From the human T2T-CHM13v2.0 reference genome, Homo sapiens, in assembly GCF_009914755.1 (NCBI RefSeq), contig NC_060935.1: DNA of 64,000 nucleotides. One strand, given 5' to 3'. The notes under the pieces were generated by a model. The model had not been told where the DNA came from. It did not search any database and saw only the letters and a program-made list of their open reading frames with translations. Positions 62,196-64,000 of the stretch are shown here, one piece after another; the stretch's first letter is position 1; each line of letters starts with the position of its first letter. Both the position numbers and the translations under genes were made by a program.

Positions 62196-63174
62196 GCAAA
62201 TTTTTATTATTGATTCATTTATTTTTTGGAGGCAGGGTCTCACTCTTGCCCAGGCTGGAGTGCAGTGGTGCAGTCATGGCTCACTCCAGCCTCAATGGCC
62301 TGGGCTCAAGCAATCTTCTGGCCTTGGCCCCCCTTTAGCTGGAAGCACAGGCACATACCAGCACATCCTGCTAATTTTTAAATTTTTGGTTGAAATGGGG
62401 TCTCACTTTGTCATCCAAGCTGGTCTCAAACACTCGGGCTCAAGCAATCCTCCTGCCTTGGCCTCCCAAAGTGCTGGGGTTACTCATGAGCCACTGTGCA
62501 GGCCTTGAACTGTCTTTTTAATCTGTATTTTCTCAGTATGGCACTGTTTGTGGTAGAGTTTGGACTTCTTTGAATGTTCATGAGCCTCCCAACTATCCTT
62601 CTTTCTCTTTTTCTCGTGGTAATCCAAACAACACCCATAGTGTTGACAGGGTAACTCAATATATTCATTTTGTGGCCTGGTAACAACCCCAAAGCCACCT
62701 GGTGCAGCCCCCAGGGCCTAGAGAAGCTATGAATTTTGGGGTCTCAAAGACCCACAAGCTGACTCAGTGCAGCTTTCAACAGAAAAGGGTCATCTTCTCA
62801 AGGAGAAAGCGTTTAATTGAACTAAACTGGGAGCTTCTCAGGGTTTTACCACAAACCTAGCCCCGAGCGTGTCTACAAAATTACTGACATGAAGGCTTTG
62901 TTTGTTGAACTGCTCTTCATCTCATAAGCAGAAGAAAAAGAATAGTAAAAAGAATTCCTGCCATATATTACTCTGGAATAAACTGTTGGAAGTGCCACTC
63001 TAAAACATTTTTATGGTGAACACTTCGGTGATATGTTTTCTATTCCTCCTATCCCATTCACTGTTTCTATGCCAAAATAGGGTAGGTCTTATCTCCAGTC
63101 TACAGTCAAAGAAACTCATTCAGCTCTAAAAGTAGAAGCAGAATTTATACCATGTTCACAACGGTCACTAATTA

Positions 63175-63366
<192 letters not shown>

Positions 63367-64000
63367 CTAGTCAAAAATGGTGGCACTCGCCTGTAGCCTT
63401 AGCTACTTGGGGGGAATGAGGGAAGACACTCCCTTGAGTCTAGGATTTTGAGGTTGCAGTGAGCTCTGATCGCACCACTGCATGCCACAGTGACACTGCG
63501 TCTCTAAAATAATAATAATAATGATGATATTAAGATGAGTACGGCCAGGCCAAAGCTTCATAATTTCTCTCTTAGTACACATGAGAATAGGTCTGAGATT
63601 CATCATTCATTGATTCCACAAGTATTTCTTTTTTTAAAAAAAAGACAGAGTCTCACTCTGTTGCCCAGGTTGGTCTCGAACTCCCAGGCTTCAGAGATCT
63701 TCTCACCTCAGCCTCCCATAGTGCTGGGATTATAGGTGTACACCACTGCGCCTGGCCCAACAAATATTTCTTTCTCTCTCTCTTTTTTAAAAATTTACCA
63801 TAAAGTCTTTTATCCCTAACAAATGTTTTTTGAATACCTTCCACATGCATGTTCCCAGGAAAGACTTATACAGGCCAGGTGTGGTGGCTCACGCCCTTGT
63901 AATCCCAGCACTGTAGGAGGCCAAGGTGGGGACATTGTTTGAGCCTGGGAGTTCAAGACCAGCCTGGACAACATAATGAGACCTTGTCTTTATAAAATAA

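Noticed and set aside
62757-62770. ARE/MARE-like GCTGACTCAG
   Set aside because: Isolated motif with imperfect flanks; expected by chance at this window size.

Overview
Primate (almost certainly human) non-coding, repeat-dense genomic DNA. I found no intact protein-coding gene; nearly all listed ORFs are Alu or low-complexity read-throughs. Main contents: (1) a near full-length RPS2 processed pseudogene on the minus strand (~1329-2283); (2) a 6.6 kb defective HERV-K(HML-6) provirus on the minus strand (39415-45983) with both LTR3-type LTRs, a 6-bp TSD, and gag/dUTPase-pro/deleted pol/env remnants; (3) many solo LTRs (MER41B, LTR13, LTR7-family, LTR8, MER4, MER21, MaLR), L1/L2/MIR fragments, DNA transposon relics (MER58, MER5, MADE1, MER44/Tigger7) and about 70 Alus. 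The most unusual structure is a ~970 bp patchwork copy (51998-52971) of three separate segments flanking the provirus. It sits inside a MER21 LTR and preserves the empty pre-integration site of the ERV. Several motif-dense unique islands look like enhancers or promoters. From memory, the RPS2-pseudogene plus HML-6 arrangement may be the 11q12.3 interval between FTH1 and INCENP; this is unverified and needs BLAT. I do not see evidence for a wholly new biological system. Repeat subfamily names are from recognition by eye, and boundaries without a stated TSD are approximate.
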